A stretch of 64,000 nucleotides of DNA, taken from NCBI GenBank assembly GCA_035524575.1, contig DATKON010000132.1:4643-68642 (forward strand). Direction: 5' to 3'. This stretch comes from Rhizomicrobium sp. (lineage in GTDB: Bacteria; Pseudomonadota; Alphaproteobacteria; Micropepsales; Micropepsaceae). The position numbers and the translations under genes were made by a program. Shown piece by piece: positions 1-7,834 of this stretch; position 1 is the stretch's first letter; each line of letters opens with the position of its first letter. The notes beneath the pieces are model-generated. The model was given only the letters and a program-made list of their open reading frames with translations, was not told the origin of the DNA and searched no databases.

Positions 1-301
1 CATTGCGGTTGAGGAATTCCTTCGTGCCGTCGAGCGGGTCGACGAGGAAGAAGCGGTGCGCGATGGTTTGCAGCCGTCCCTGCGCGGCTTCTTCTTCGGC
101 GATGACGGGAATGCCGGGCGCGCGTTTGGCCAGCTCGCCCAAGATAAAGCGCTCCGCATCCTCGTCCGCCGCCGTAACGGGCGACTGGTCGCTCTTCTTG
201 CGCGAGTCGATGGTCTCGTTCGCGTAATGGCGAAGCAGGATCTCCCCGGCATGCCAGGCGATGTCGGCCAGCGCCAAAGCCATATCGGATGGTTTGCTCA
301 C
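1..301 (-). CDS. Inositol monophosphatase / CysQ-type 3'(2'),5'-bisphosphate nucleotidase family protein, N-terminal ~100 aa only (the rest lies outside the window)
   Basis: Absent from the ORF track because it runs off the window edge. My reverse translation from GTG at 301 reads VSKPSDMALALADIAWHAGEILLRHYAN..SPVTAADEDAERFILGELAKRAPGIPVIAEEE..FFLVDPLDGTKEF, which contains the family DPxDGT metal-binding motif. Confidence 0.7.
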   Translation of the reverse strand, partial: MSKPSDMALALADIAWHAGEILLRHYANETIDSRKKSDQSPVTAADEDAERFILGELAKRAPGIPVIAEEEAAQGRLQTIAHRFFLVDPLDGTKEFLNRN

Positions 302-489
302 CTGCGGCCCTCGTGCGGCAGGATTTCGAGAGTGGCAGCGTCGGACATCACCAGCTTTTTGCCGGCATGTTCGAAATTGACGGTGACTCGCACGCCCGCA
401 ACCGACTGCACCTGACCAATGCCCCACTCGGGCGCGGAAACAAGTTTCACCCATTCCCCCGGTACGAGGCTTGAACCAGCCTTAAGCAT
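298..489 (-). CDS. DUF3553-like small protein (63 aa)
   Basis: ORF track 298..489. The motif PEWGIGQVQSV.G.RVTVNFEHAGKK is what I remember for the alphaproteobacterial DUF3553 family. Its stop overlaps the GTG start of the downstream cysQ-like gene. Confidence 0.6.
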   Translation of the reverse strand: MLKAGSSLVPGEWVKLVSAPEWGIGQVQSVAGVRVTVNFEHAGKKLVMSDAATLEILPHEGRR

Positions 490-496
490 TCCTTAA
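482..496. promoter_or_regulatory. Perfect CtrA-box consensus TTAA-N7-TTAA in the DUF3553/chpT divergent intergenic region
   Basis: The sequence cTTAAgcattccTTAAg was read directly. It lies 52 bp upstream of the chpT ATG and overlaps the DUF3553 start codon (487-489). Confidence 0.45.
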
Positions 497-547
497 GAGC
501 CCTTCTGCTCTTTTACCGAGAGCCAACCATACGCTCGCGAGATTGCC

Positions 548-1165
548 ATGAACGATATCGAGTTTGCTGCCCTGCTTGTCTCGCGTGTGTGCCACGACCT
601 TGTGAGCCCTGTGGGCGCAGTGGTCAACGGCCTCGAAGTGCTGGAAGACGAACGCGATGCCGCGATGCGGGCTGATGCCCTCAAGCTTGTCGTCTCGAGC
701 GCCGAGCAGGCGGCCGCGCGGCTCCAATTTGCCCGCATCGCTTTCGGTGCGGCAGGTTCTGCGGGGGCCGAACTCGACCTCACGGAAGTCGGCCGCATCG
801 TCAAAGGTCTCGTCAATGGCGGTAAAGTCTCGCTCGACTGGCAGGCCGCGCAGGTGAATTGGCCGAAGGACTGGGCCAAACTTTTGATGAACGCCACGTT
901 GCTCGGGGCGGACAGCCTGCCGCGCGGCGGCCAGGTGCTTGTCCAAACCTCGTCCGATGCGGCCTCACCCAGTTTCACGGTCCGCGCAACGGGCCAGAAT
1001 GCCCGCCTCCTCGAGGAGGTCGAACATGCGGTCCGCGGCGAACCGAGCGCGCCCGTGGACGGCCGCTCGATCCAGCCGCTTCTGATGCACAAGCTCGCCC
1101 GCTCGCTGAATGTCGGTCTGAAACTGTCGGCTGGTGAGGGCGTCGTAACACTCGTTGCCGGCTGA
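548..1165 (+). CDS. chpT: Histidine phosphotransferase ChpT (CckA-ChpT-CtrA/CpdR phosphorelay)
   Basis: 205 aa. The N-terminal motif RVCHDLVSPVGAVVNGLEVLEDE is the ChpT/HisKA-like H-box. The C-terminal half looks like a degenerate HATPase fold. The length is typical of ChpT. Confidence 0.8.
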   Translation: MNDIEFAALLVSRVCHDLVSPVGAVVNGLEVLEDERDAAMRADALKLVVSSAEQAAARLQFARIAFGAAGSAGAELDLTEVGRIVKGLVNGGKVSLDWQAAQVNWPKDWAKLLMNATLLGADSLPRGGQVLVQTSSDAASPSFTVRATGQNARLLEEVEHAVRGEPSAPVDGRSIQPLLMHKLARSLNVGLKLSAGEGVVTLVAG

Positions 1166-1231
1166 AGCCCGAATTCAGCAGCCCTTTACCCTTCGGGTCT
1201 AACATGCGCGCCGCGCCCGAAGGAGCCGGCC

Positions 1232-1591
1232 ATGAAGCATTGCCTCGTCGTCGACAACAGCCGGGTGATCCGCAAAGTGGCATGCGGAATCCTCGAGCAA
1301 CTGAAATTCGTGCCTCAGGAAGCCGAGGACACGACGTCGGCGCTCGATGCCTGCCGCGCCAGGATGCCCGATGCGATCCTGCTCGACGTTCCGGCCTCTG
1401 CAGGCCTCGCTTTCATCCGCAATCTTCGCCGCGAGCACAACGGCGATCATCCGGTCGTGGTCGTCTGCACGACGGAGAACGATGTCACGCGCATCTCCGA
1501 AGCGATGAGCGCGGGCGCCGACGACTATGTCCTGAAGCCCTTCGACCGCGCCGTGCTCGCCGACAAATTCGCGCAAGTGGGACTGATCTAG
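1232..1591 (+). CDS. Single-domain response regulator (CheY-like receiver)
   Basis: 119 aa. Receiver landmarks present: VVDNS (acidic pocket with DN rather than DD), AILLDV (acceptor Asp), VVVVCTT (Thr), DYVLKPF (Lys). Confidence 0.85.
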   Translation: MKHCLVVDNSRVIRKVACGILEQLKFVPQEAEDTTSALDACRARMPDAILLDVPASAGLAFIRNLRREHNGDHPVVVVCTTENDVTRISEAMSAGADDYVLKPFDRAVLADKFAQVGLI

Positions 1592-1601
1592 AGCCGCATC
1601 C

Positions 1602-2426
1602 GTGACTCCCAGCGATTTTACCCATCTCGCCGATCTCGTGCGCCGTCGCTCCGGCCTCGTGCTGACGCCGGAAAAGAAGACACTCGCCGGCAACAGGCTC
1701 GCGCCCGTCGCGCGTCGCTTCGGCTTTCGCAGCACCGCGCAACTTCTGGCCGAGCTCCCTTACCCGTCGGAAGAGCTGGCGCGGGCGATCACCGAAGCGA
1801 TGACGACCAACGACACATCGTTCTTTCGCGACGGTGCGGTGTTCAAATTCCTGGCGGAAGAGGCGCTGCCGACGCTCGTACGCAATCGCGGCGCTTCCAA
1901 ACGCCTTCGCCTATGGTGCGCCGCCGTCTCGACCGGACAGGAAGCCTATTCTCTGGCAATGATCCTCGATGAGATGAAGCTTGCCGCCAAAGGCTGGAAG
2001 ATCGATCTGATTGCCACCGATCTGAACGAAAGCGCCATCGCGCGCGCCAGGGACGGGCTCTACGCACCTTACGAGATCGAGCGCGGCCTTTCCTCCGACA
2101 TTCTCGAACGCCATTTCGTCAAGGAAGGCAGGCAATGGCGCGTCGCCGATCGCCTCCGGCGCATGGTGACCTTCCGCGCCTTCAATCTGCTCGATCATTT
2201 CGGCTGGCTTGGCGAGATCGACATCGTTCTCTGCCGCAACGTGCTCCTCTATTTCGAATCGCGCACGCGCGCCGACATCCACGGGAAACTTCGCGAGGCG
2301 CTGGCGGCCGACGGGTATCTCATTCTCGGCGACGCCGAGACGTCGATCGGCCATTTCATGCCTGCCGAGAGCGTGCGGGGGCTCTATGTCAATCCGCGCG
2401 GCCTGAGACGCGCGGCAATCGGCTAA
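1602..2426 (+). CDS. cheR: CheR-type protein-glutamate O-methyltransferase
   Basis: 274 aa from a GTG start. It has a CheR N-terminal helical domain plus SAM-methyltransferase motifs (LRLWCAAVSTGQEAYSLAMIL, DIVLCRNVLLYF). Confidence 0.85.
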   Translation: MTPSDFTHLADLVRRRSGLVLTPEKKTLAGNRLAPVARRFGFRSTAQLLAELPYPSEELARAITEAMTTNDTSFFRDGAVFKFLAEEALPTLVRNRGASKRLRLWCAAVSTGQEAYSLAMILDEMKLAAKGWKIDLIATDLNESAIARARDGLYAPYEIERGLSSDILERHFVKEGRQWRVADRLRRMVTFRAFNLLDHFGWLGEIDIVLCRNVLLYFESRTRADIHGKLREALAADGYLILGDAETSIGHFMPAESVRGLYVNPRGLRRAAIG

Positions 2427-2485
2427 CAGTTCACCGGTGAGGCCGGCGTCCTCCCCCGCAGGTCGTGCGAGGGAGGAAAGCGTTG

Positions 2486-4369
2486 CTAAATCTTCGCTCT
2501 GATTCCGCCGAAGACGCCGCGACCGGGTCGCAAAAAGCCGATCGGGTTCTGGTAGTGCTCGCCAAACAGATTGTCGACCCGGCCGAACAGCGTCAGCTCG
2601 TCGTTCAGCGCATAGTTCGCTGCGATATTGACCGTCATGTAGCCGGGGGCCCTGGTGTTGACAGCGAGCGCATCGCGCGTCACGTCGAGCCATGGACCCA
2701 CATAGAGAAGCGTGGCATCGAGCTCGAGTTCTTTCGTGGCCTGCCAGGCCGCATTCCAGCTCGCCTTGTGCTTCGGCCGGCGCAGCAGTTCCTGCTGCAG
2801 CGTTTCGTCGTTCGCGTCGGTGAACGTGTAGTCGACGCGCAATGTGAGCGCTTCGAACGGCCGATACGAGACGAAGCTCTCCACGCCGTCCGTTTCGGCG
2901 CGGTCGACATTCACGTAGGTCGTGAACGTCCCCTCGATGAGATCGCGGATGCTGTTGTGGAAGTAGGTGGCGCCGAACTGCACCCTGTCGTCGAACGCCG
3001 ACTGTTCGAAACCGGCCTCCCAGCCGAAGTCCTTCTCCGGCTCGAGGTTGGGATTGCCGAAAAATCCGAAGGACGGGAAATTCTCGAACATTTCGCTCAA
3101 GGTCGGCGCCTTGAAACCCGTGCCGATGCTCGCCTTGAGCTTCGTTCCTGTCCCGGCTATCAGATATGTCGGCGCCACGCGATAGGTGACGTCGCTGCCG
3201 AAACGATTGTTGTCGTCGTAGCGGATGTTGATGGCGCTGAAGAAATCCGGGGCGAGACTCGACTGCAACTCCGCATAGCCGGAATTGATCGAGGTTTGGG
3301 CCGAGATCGGAAATCGCAACTCGTCGCGGGAATGCTCGGCGCCGAGGACGAGGAGCTCTCCGTCCGTGACGCGCAGATTGCCCTGCCAATCGACTTTGAC
3401 ACGATCGCCGGCATCGAGCGTCGTGCCCGAATCAGGACTGAAATCGCTCGTGTGGCTGGACGCATAGGCAAGACCCAGAGTCTGTTCGAACAGGCCGCCG
3501 AACAGAACGAGATGTGCGGTGCCGCGGGTATAATATTGAACATCCTGCTGGATGCTCTGCTGGCTGTCGGGGACCGATGGGAAGAGGTTGAAGTTGTCGC
3601 CGGTGAAATGGAGCCGGGAATAGATGGAGCGCGCGACGAGGCCGAGGTCGAAATTGTCGGTCACGTCGTAGCCGAGCTTCGTCGACGCCGTCACGTTGTC
3701 GTAACGATCATCGAGCCGCGGCTGAGCCGGCGGCAGAATGTCTTCGGGCGTGACCGGCGTGGCCCCCGAATAGAAGTGCTGAATGTTGGCGGCGTAATGA
3801 AAGCCGTCGGCCGAACCGGCGACGCTGCCGGCCTGATTGAACGTGTCGAACGATCCGCCTTGGACCACGGCGGTGAACTGCGCCGGGCCCTGGCCCTGCT
3901 TCGTGATGACGTTGATCACGCCGCCGATCGCGTCGGAGCCGTAGAGGCCGCTTTGCGGTCCGCGGAGAATTTCGACGCGCTCGATATCCTCGGTGAGCAG
4001 CTGCCCGAAATCGAAGGCGTCCACCGGACTGCTGGGATCGCTGACATCGATGCCATCGATCAACACTTTCACGTGATTGGAATCGGTGCCGCGCAGGAAG
4101 ACGGATGTCTGCGCACCCGGACCGCCCGACTGGACGACGTTGAGGCCGGGCACGTCCAGAAGCACGTCGGGCAAGGTGTCGCGCTGCCGACGCGCGATCT
4201 CGTCAGCCGTCACAATGGTGATGCTGGATGCGACGTCCTGCGCCGGCGTGGGGACACGCGTCGCGGTGACGACGATCGTTTCAGCGTCGCTGGTTCCCGT
4301 CTGTTGTGCAAAAACCGGCGAAGTGCCGAGCAGTACGAATGTCAGTGCATAAGAAAATCCGAGGCGCAT
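2486..4369 (-). CDS. btuB: TonB-dependent outer-membrane receptor, BtuB-like (cobalamin/corrinoid uptake inferred from the upstream riboswitch)
   Basis: Signal peptide MRLGFSYALTFVLLGTSPVFA, TonB box ETIVVTATR, and plug motif EILRGPQSGLYGSDAIGGVINVITK followed by a long beta-barrel. I chose the ATG at 4369 (RBS aggaga) rather than the track's upstream TTG at 4387. Confidence 0.85.
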   Translation of the reverse strand: MRLGFSYALTFVLLGTSPVFAQQTGTSDAETIVVTATRVPTPAQDVASSITIVTADEIARRQRDTLPDVLLDVPGLNVVQSGGPGAQTSVFLRGTDSNHVKVLIDGIDVSDPSSPVDAFDFGQLLTEDIERVEILRGPQSGLYGSDAIGGVINVITKQGQGPAQFTAVVQGGSFDTFNQAGSVAGSADGFHYAANIQHFYSGATPVTPEDILPPAQPRLDDRYDNVTASTKLGYDVTDNFDLGLVARSIYSRLHFTGDNFNLFPSVPDSQQSIQQDVQYYTRGTAHLVLFGGLFEQTLGLAYASSHTSDFSPDSGTTLDAGDRVKVDWQGNLRVTDGELLVLGAEHSRDELRFPISAQTSINSGYAELQSSLAPDFFSAINIRYDDNNRFGSDVTYRVAPTYLIAGTGTKLKASIGTGFKAPTLSEMFENFPSFGFFGNPNLEPEKDFGWEAGFEQSAFDDRVQFGATYFHNSIRDLIEGTFTTYVNVDRAETDGVESFVSYRPFEALTLRVDYTFTDANDETLQQELLRRPKHKASWNAAWQATKELELDATLLYVGPWLDVTRDALAVNTRAPGYMTVNIAANYALNDELTLFGRVDNLFGEHYQNPIGFLRPGRGVFGGIRAKI

Positions 4370-4479
4370 GAGGTTCTCCTGGTTCAAAGGCCCAGGAGCC
4401 GCGACGCGAATGCCGATCGGTCTTGTGGATAGTCAACAAACTGCGGCCCCCGCGACGACGACTCCAACATGTCGCCGCA

Positions 4480-4690
4480 GCGGATCCCCGCAGCCCCCGG
4501 CGCACCCCGACCGGAAGCAGGACGACGTCGCGAGGCAGGTCTCCTGGCTTCCGGGTCTTTGCGGGCCGTTCGCCTTCCCAAGACGCTTGTCTCAGTGGCA
4601 TTTCGAACGGACCGCTCGCCGGTCACAGTTGCGGGGGCAGCCGCGGTGTCACACCGCGTTCCCTTCAATCCCTCTCGGGAACCTCGCGCT
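4480..4690 (-). promoter_or_regulatory. Cobalamin (B12) riboswitch in the btuB leader
   Basis: The minus strand reads GGTTCCCGAGAGGGATTGAAGGGAACGCGGTGTGACACCGCGGCTGCCCCCGCAACTGTGA ... AGCCAGGAGACCTGCC. The last stretch is a B12 box (plus-strand coordinates 4534-4549). The element ends just before the btuB RBS. Boundaries are approximate. Confidence 0.85.
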
Positions 4691-5239
4691 TATTTGAACG
4701 CTAATGGAGGCGTGATCCGCGCGTCAACATTCGAGCCGTGTTGTGAAAGATCGTGTCGCAAGCCTGCGACGTGTTCGACGCGCGCGGCGTTCGCAGACGC
4801 AGCGAACGAAATTTCGCCACGATGAGAGACCAATGTACAAACGCGACGCCGCCGCAAGGTGGAACGATTCGCCGCATATTCCAGGGAGTTAGACACACGC
4901 GTCACGCAGCGTTCCGAATCGATTGTCACATTCGCTTCAGCGCGCGCCGCATGTGTCCGGTTTATCCCAAAAGACGGGTACTTAGCGGCCTCGCGCACCG
5001 TAACGTGGTGCGCCCGCTCATGCCCTCTTCGACGGACAAATGGGCTGGGACAGCGGCGGGGCGTTTACCATCGGAACTACTGGACCGAACGACAGAGCAT
5101 GACTACGATAGTTTCAAATAAGGCCACCGCGGGCCGCTGCCGGATATACGGGGAGGGGGGACGCGTGAACCTTTATTGGCGCAACAAGGCCCGGTGCTTC
5201 AATGCGGCCGGGTCTAGTTTTGTGTGGTTTGAATAACAG

Positions 5240-5878
5240 ATGCAGCAACCCGAACATCTCAAGGTGCTCCAGGGCACCCAGCAATCGACCTCCCGTCGCG
5301 CCGTCAGCTTCGGGTTCGTGATCCTGTTCCACGTATTCGTGATCTATGCGTTCGCAAGCGGTCTGGCGAACCATCTGGTCGAAAAGATTCCGCTCGACAT
5401 CGTGACCAAGGTCGAGCCCCCGAAACTTCCCGACATCAAACCGCCGCCGCCGCCGCCGCCAGATCTGGCGAAGCCACCGCCGCCTTACGTGCCGCCGCCG
5501 GATATCGTCATCCAGCAGCAGGCGTCGAACACGAACGCCATCACGGTGCAGCATCAGGCGCCCGTGGCGCCTCCGCCGCCGAAGCCGCAGGGGGTCACGC
5601 AGCCGGCGCTCGTCTCGGGCGGCGCCAAGTGCCTGCAGTCTTTCTATCCGCCGCTGGCCGTGCGTCTCAATCAGGAAGGAACGACGACGATTGAGGTGCA
5701 TGTCGGCGCGGACGGCAGCGTCACCGGCGTGGATATCAAGAACTCCAGCGGTCACGACAGCCTCGATCAGGCCTCCATCAGGTGCGCCTCAAGTGCGTGG
5801 CACTTTAAGCCGGCGATGGAGAACGGCCAGCCGGTTCCTTCCAGCAAAGAGTACAACATCGTATGGCGGCTTCAGTAA
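5240..5878 (+). CDS. tonB: Energy transducer TonB
   Basis: N-terminal membrane anchor (FGFVILFHVFVIYAF), Pro-rich spacer (PPKLPDIKPPPPPPPDLAKPPPPYVPPP), and a C-terminal TonB domain (YPPLAVRLNQEGTTTIEVHVGADGSVTGVDI..SSGHDSLDQAS). Confidence 0.85.
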   Translation: MQQPEHLKVLQGTQQSTSRRAVSFGFVILFHVFVIYAFASGLANHLVEKIPLDIVTKVEPPKLPDIKPPPPPPPDLAKPPPPYVPPPDIVIQQQASNTNAITVQHQAPVAPPPPKPQGVTQPALVSGGAKCLQSFYPPLAVRLNQEGTTTIEVHVGADGSVTGVDIKNSSGHDSLDQASIRCASSAWHFKPAMENGQPVPSSKEYNIVWRLQ

Positions 5879-5936
5879 TCCGCCATCGCTCGGACAACGC
5901 GTGTAGAGACCTTTTTACGAACGGAGTAGGGAAGTC

Positions 5937-6803
5937 ATGAACTCGAAGCATCTGGCGGTCGCAGCCGCTCTCCTTTTCCTGGCTGGCGCCGCGAGCGGCA
6001 CGGCCGTAGCGCAAACGCCGCCGCCCGCGTCGACGACGGCCGCTCCGGCAACCCCCGGTGCTGCGCCTTCGACCCCCGCTGCCGCGCCCGCTGCGACGAC
6101 GCCGGCGCCGGCGCCGGCGCCCGTGACGACTCCGTCGCCAAACCCGAACGCGGGCAAGGCCAATCCGTACGGCCTCGGGGCGTTGTGGTCGACCGGCGAC
6201 CTCGTCGAGAAGAGCGTGCTTGTGCTGCTCGGCATCATGTCGGCCGGCACCTGGTACATCTTCTTCATGAAGTTCTTCGAGCAGTCCCGCCTCATCAGCC
6301 AGGCGCGGATCGTCGACCGGCGCTTCTGGAGCTCGAACACGCTCAATGAAGGCATCGACAAGCTGCCGAAGAACAGCGTCTTCCGCAGCGTCGCGGAATC
6401 GGGCGTGCGCTCCTCTTCGGGCGTCTCGAGCGGTCTCGTCAACGTCAACGACTTCATCGGCATGTCGCTGAACCGCCAGCTCGAAGAAGCGAACTCCCGT
6501 CTCCAGGGCGGCATCGCCTTCCTCGCCTCGGTCGGTTCGACGGCGCCGTTCGTCGGTCTGTTCGGTACGGTGTGGGGCGTGCTGAACGCGCTCATCAACA
6601 TCGGTCTTGCCGGCCAGCCGTCGATCGACAAGGTCGCGGGCCCGGTCGGTCAGGCGCTGATCGCCACCGCCATCGGTCTGTTCGCAGCCGTTCCGGCCGT
6701 GTTGCTCTATAACTTCCTCGTGCGTCGCAACAAGATCATCAACGAGAAGCTCCGGAGCTTTGCGAGCGATCTGCAGACCTACCTGATCACCAACAAGAAG
6801 TAA
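5937..6803 (+). CDS. exbB: ExbB/MotA/TolQ-family proton channel with a long signal-peptide plus Ala/Pro-rich N-terminal extension
   Basis: Core motif LASVGSTAPFVGLFGTVWGVLNA is present. The first ~75 aa are a signal-like segment plus a PA-rich low-complexity stretch. Confidence 0.9.
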   Translation: MNSKHLAVAAALLFLAGAASGTAVAQTPPPASTTAAPATPGAAPSTPAAAPAATTPAPAPAPVTTPSPNPNAGKANPYGLGALWSTGDLVEKSVLVLLGIMSAGTWYIFFMKFFEQSRLISQARIVDRRFWSSNTLNEGIDKLPKNSVFRSVAESGVRSSSGVSSGLVNVNDFIGMSLNRQLEEANSRLQGGIAFLASVGSTAPFVGLFGTVWGVLNALINIGLAGQPSIDKVAGPVGQALIATAIGLFAAVPAVLLYNFLVRRNKIINEKLRSFASDLQTYLITNKK

Positions 6804-6836
6804 TCATCCGCGCGCGTTCGCGAAGGAAGTTCGTCA

Positions 6837-7283
6837 ATGGCCGTTACTGTTCACTCCGCAGATGCCGACGATTCGGATCTGAACACGACCATCAACACCA
6901 CGCCTCTGGTGGACGTGATGCTCGTGATGCTCATCATCTTCCTGATCACCGTGCCCGTGATCGTGAAGGTGATCCCGGTCACCCTTCCGAACGCGCGTAA
7001 TATCGCCACCCAGACGAAGCCGGACAACATCGTCATCGCGGTGGACAAGGATGAGAACGTTTACTGGAACAACGCGCCGATCCCGCAGTCCGAGCTGCGC
7101 GGCCGGCTCGTCGAGGCGCTGAAGGCGTCGATCGCCGCCGGCAAGCCGCCGCCGGAAGTCCATATCCGCGGTGACCGGGAAGTGCGTTTCGAGGCGATCG
7201 GCAAGGTCGTGCTAGCGGTCCAGGAAGCCGGCGTGCCGAAAGTGGCGTTCCTGCTCGAACCGCGGAACGAGTCAGAGCAGTGA
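6837..7283 (+). CDS. exbD: ExbD/TolR-family biopolymer transport protein (paralogue 1)
   Basis: NTTPLVDVMLVMLIIFLITVP membrane anchor motif plus a periplasmic domain; 148 aa. Confidence 0.9.
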   Translation: MAVTVHSADADDSDLNTTINTTPLVDVMLVMLIIFLITVPVIVKVIPVTLPNARNIATQTKPDNIVIAVDKDENVYWNNAPIPQSELRGRLVEALKASIAAGKPPPEVHIRGDREVRFEAIGKVVLAVQEAGVPKVAFLLEPRNESEQ

Positions 7284-7324
7284 TTGGCGCTGTGTAACGG
7301 GCGACAACAAAGGGTTATTTCGAC

Positions 7325-7750
7325 ATGGCAATGAATGTTGGTTCGGCTTCGGGTGATGACGAAGTCATGGTGGAGATGAACACGACGCCGTTGATCGACG
7401 TCATGCTCGTCATGCTCGTGATGCTGATCATCACGATTCCGATCCAGACGCACGCCGTGAAGCTCGACATGCCGCCGCCGAACCAGCCGCCCCCGCCCAC
7501 ACCGCCGACGGTCGTCACGCTCGGCATCGACTTCGACGGCACGATCACCTGGAACGGAACGCCCGTGAACATGGACCAGCTCGACGCCTATTTCGCGCAG
7601 GAAGCCGAGCGCGGCTCCGATCAGGACGAGATTCACGTCAATCCCAACCGCCTCGCGAAATACGACACGGTCGCGCAGGTGTTGGCGGATGCGCAGCGCC
7701 GCGGGGTGACGAAGATCGGTATCGGCAACACGTCGGACTATCTGCAGTAA
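7325..7750 (+). CDS. exbD: ExbD/TolR-family biopolymer transport protein (paralogue 2)
   Basis: NTTPLIDVMLVMLVMLIITIP motif; 141 aa. It sits directly downstream of the first exbD. Confidence 0.9.
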   Translation: MAMNVGSASGDDEVMVEMNTTPLIDVMLVMLVMLIITIPIQTHAVKLDMPPPNQPPPPTPPTVVTLGIDFDGTITWNGTPVNMDQLDAYFAQEAERGSDQDEIHVNPNRLAKYDTVAQVLADAQRRGVTKIGIGNTSDYLQ

Positions 7751-7834
7751 TGCAAAGAGGATGACGGACGCCGGCGGATCATGCGCCATCGCATGACTTC
7801 CGGCGTTTCATTTTGAGAACTGAGGCATTGGGAA

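Noticed and set aside
2465-4432. 655-aa plus-strand ORF (and the 492-aa ORF 1911..3389 on the minus strand in another frame) covering the btuB region
   Set aside because: It is antisense or out of frame relative to a gene with clear TonB-box, plug and barrel motifs. The product is Arg/Asp/Gly/Val-rich with no recognisable motif. This is the typical shadow ORF of high-GC DNA.
4753-5236. 122-aa and 125-aa ORFs in the btuB-tonB spacer; likewise 19515..19937, 19819..20064 and 20056..20277 in the 19.5-20.3 kb gap
   Set aside because: Their composition is Cys/Arg/His-rich and non-protein-like. Several are created by the inverted repeats themselves: both arms translate to SVPHCLCG. None has an RBS or a family motif.
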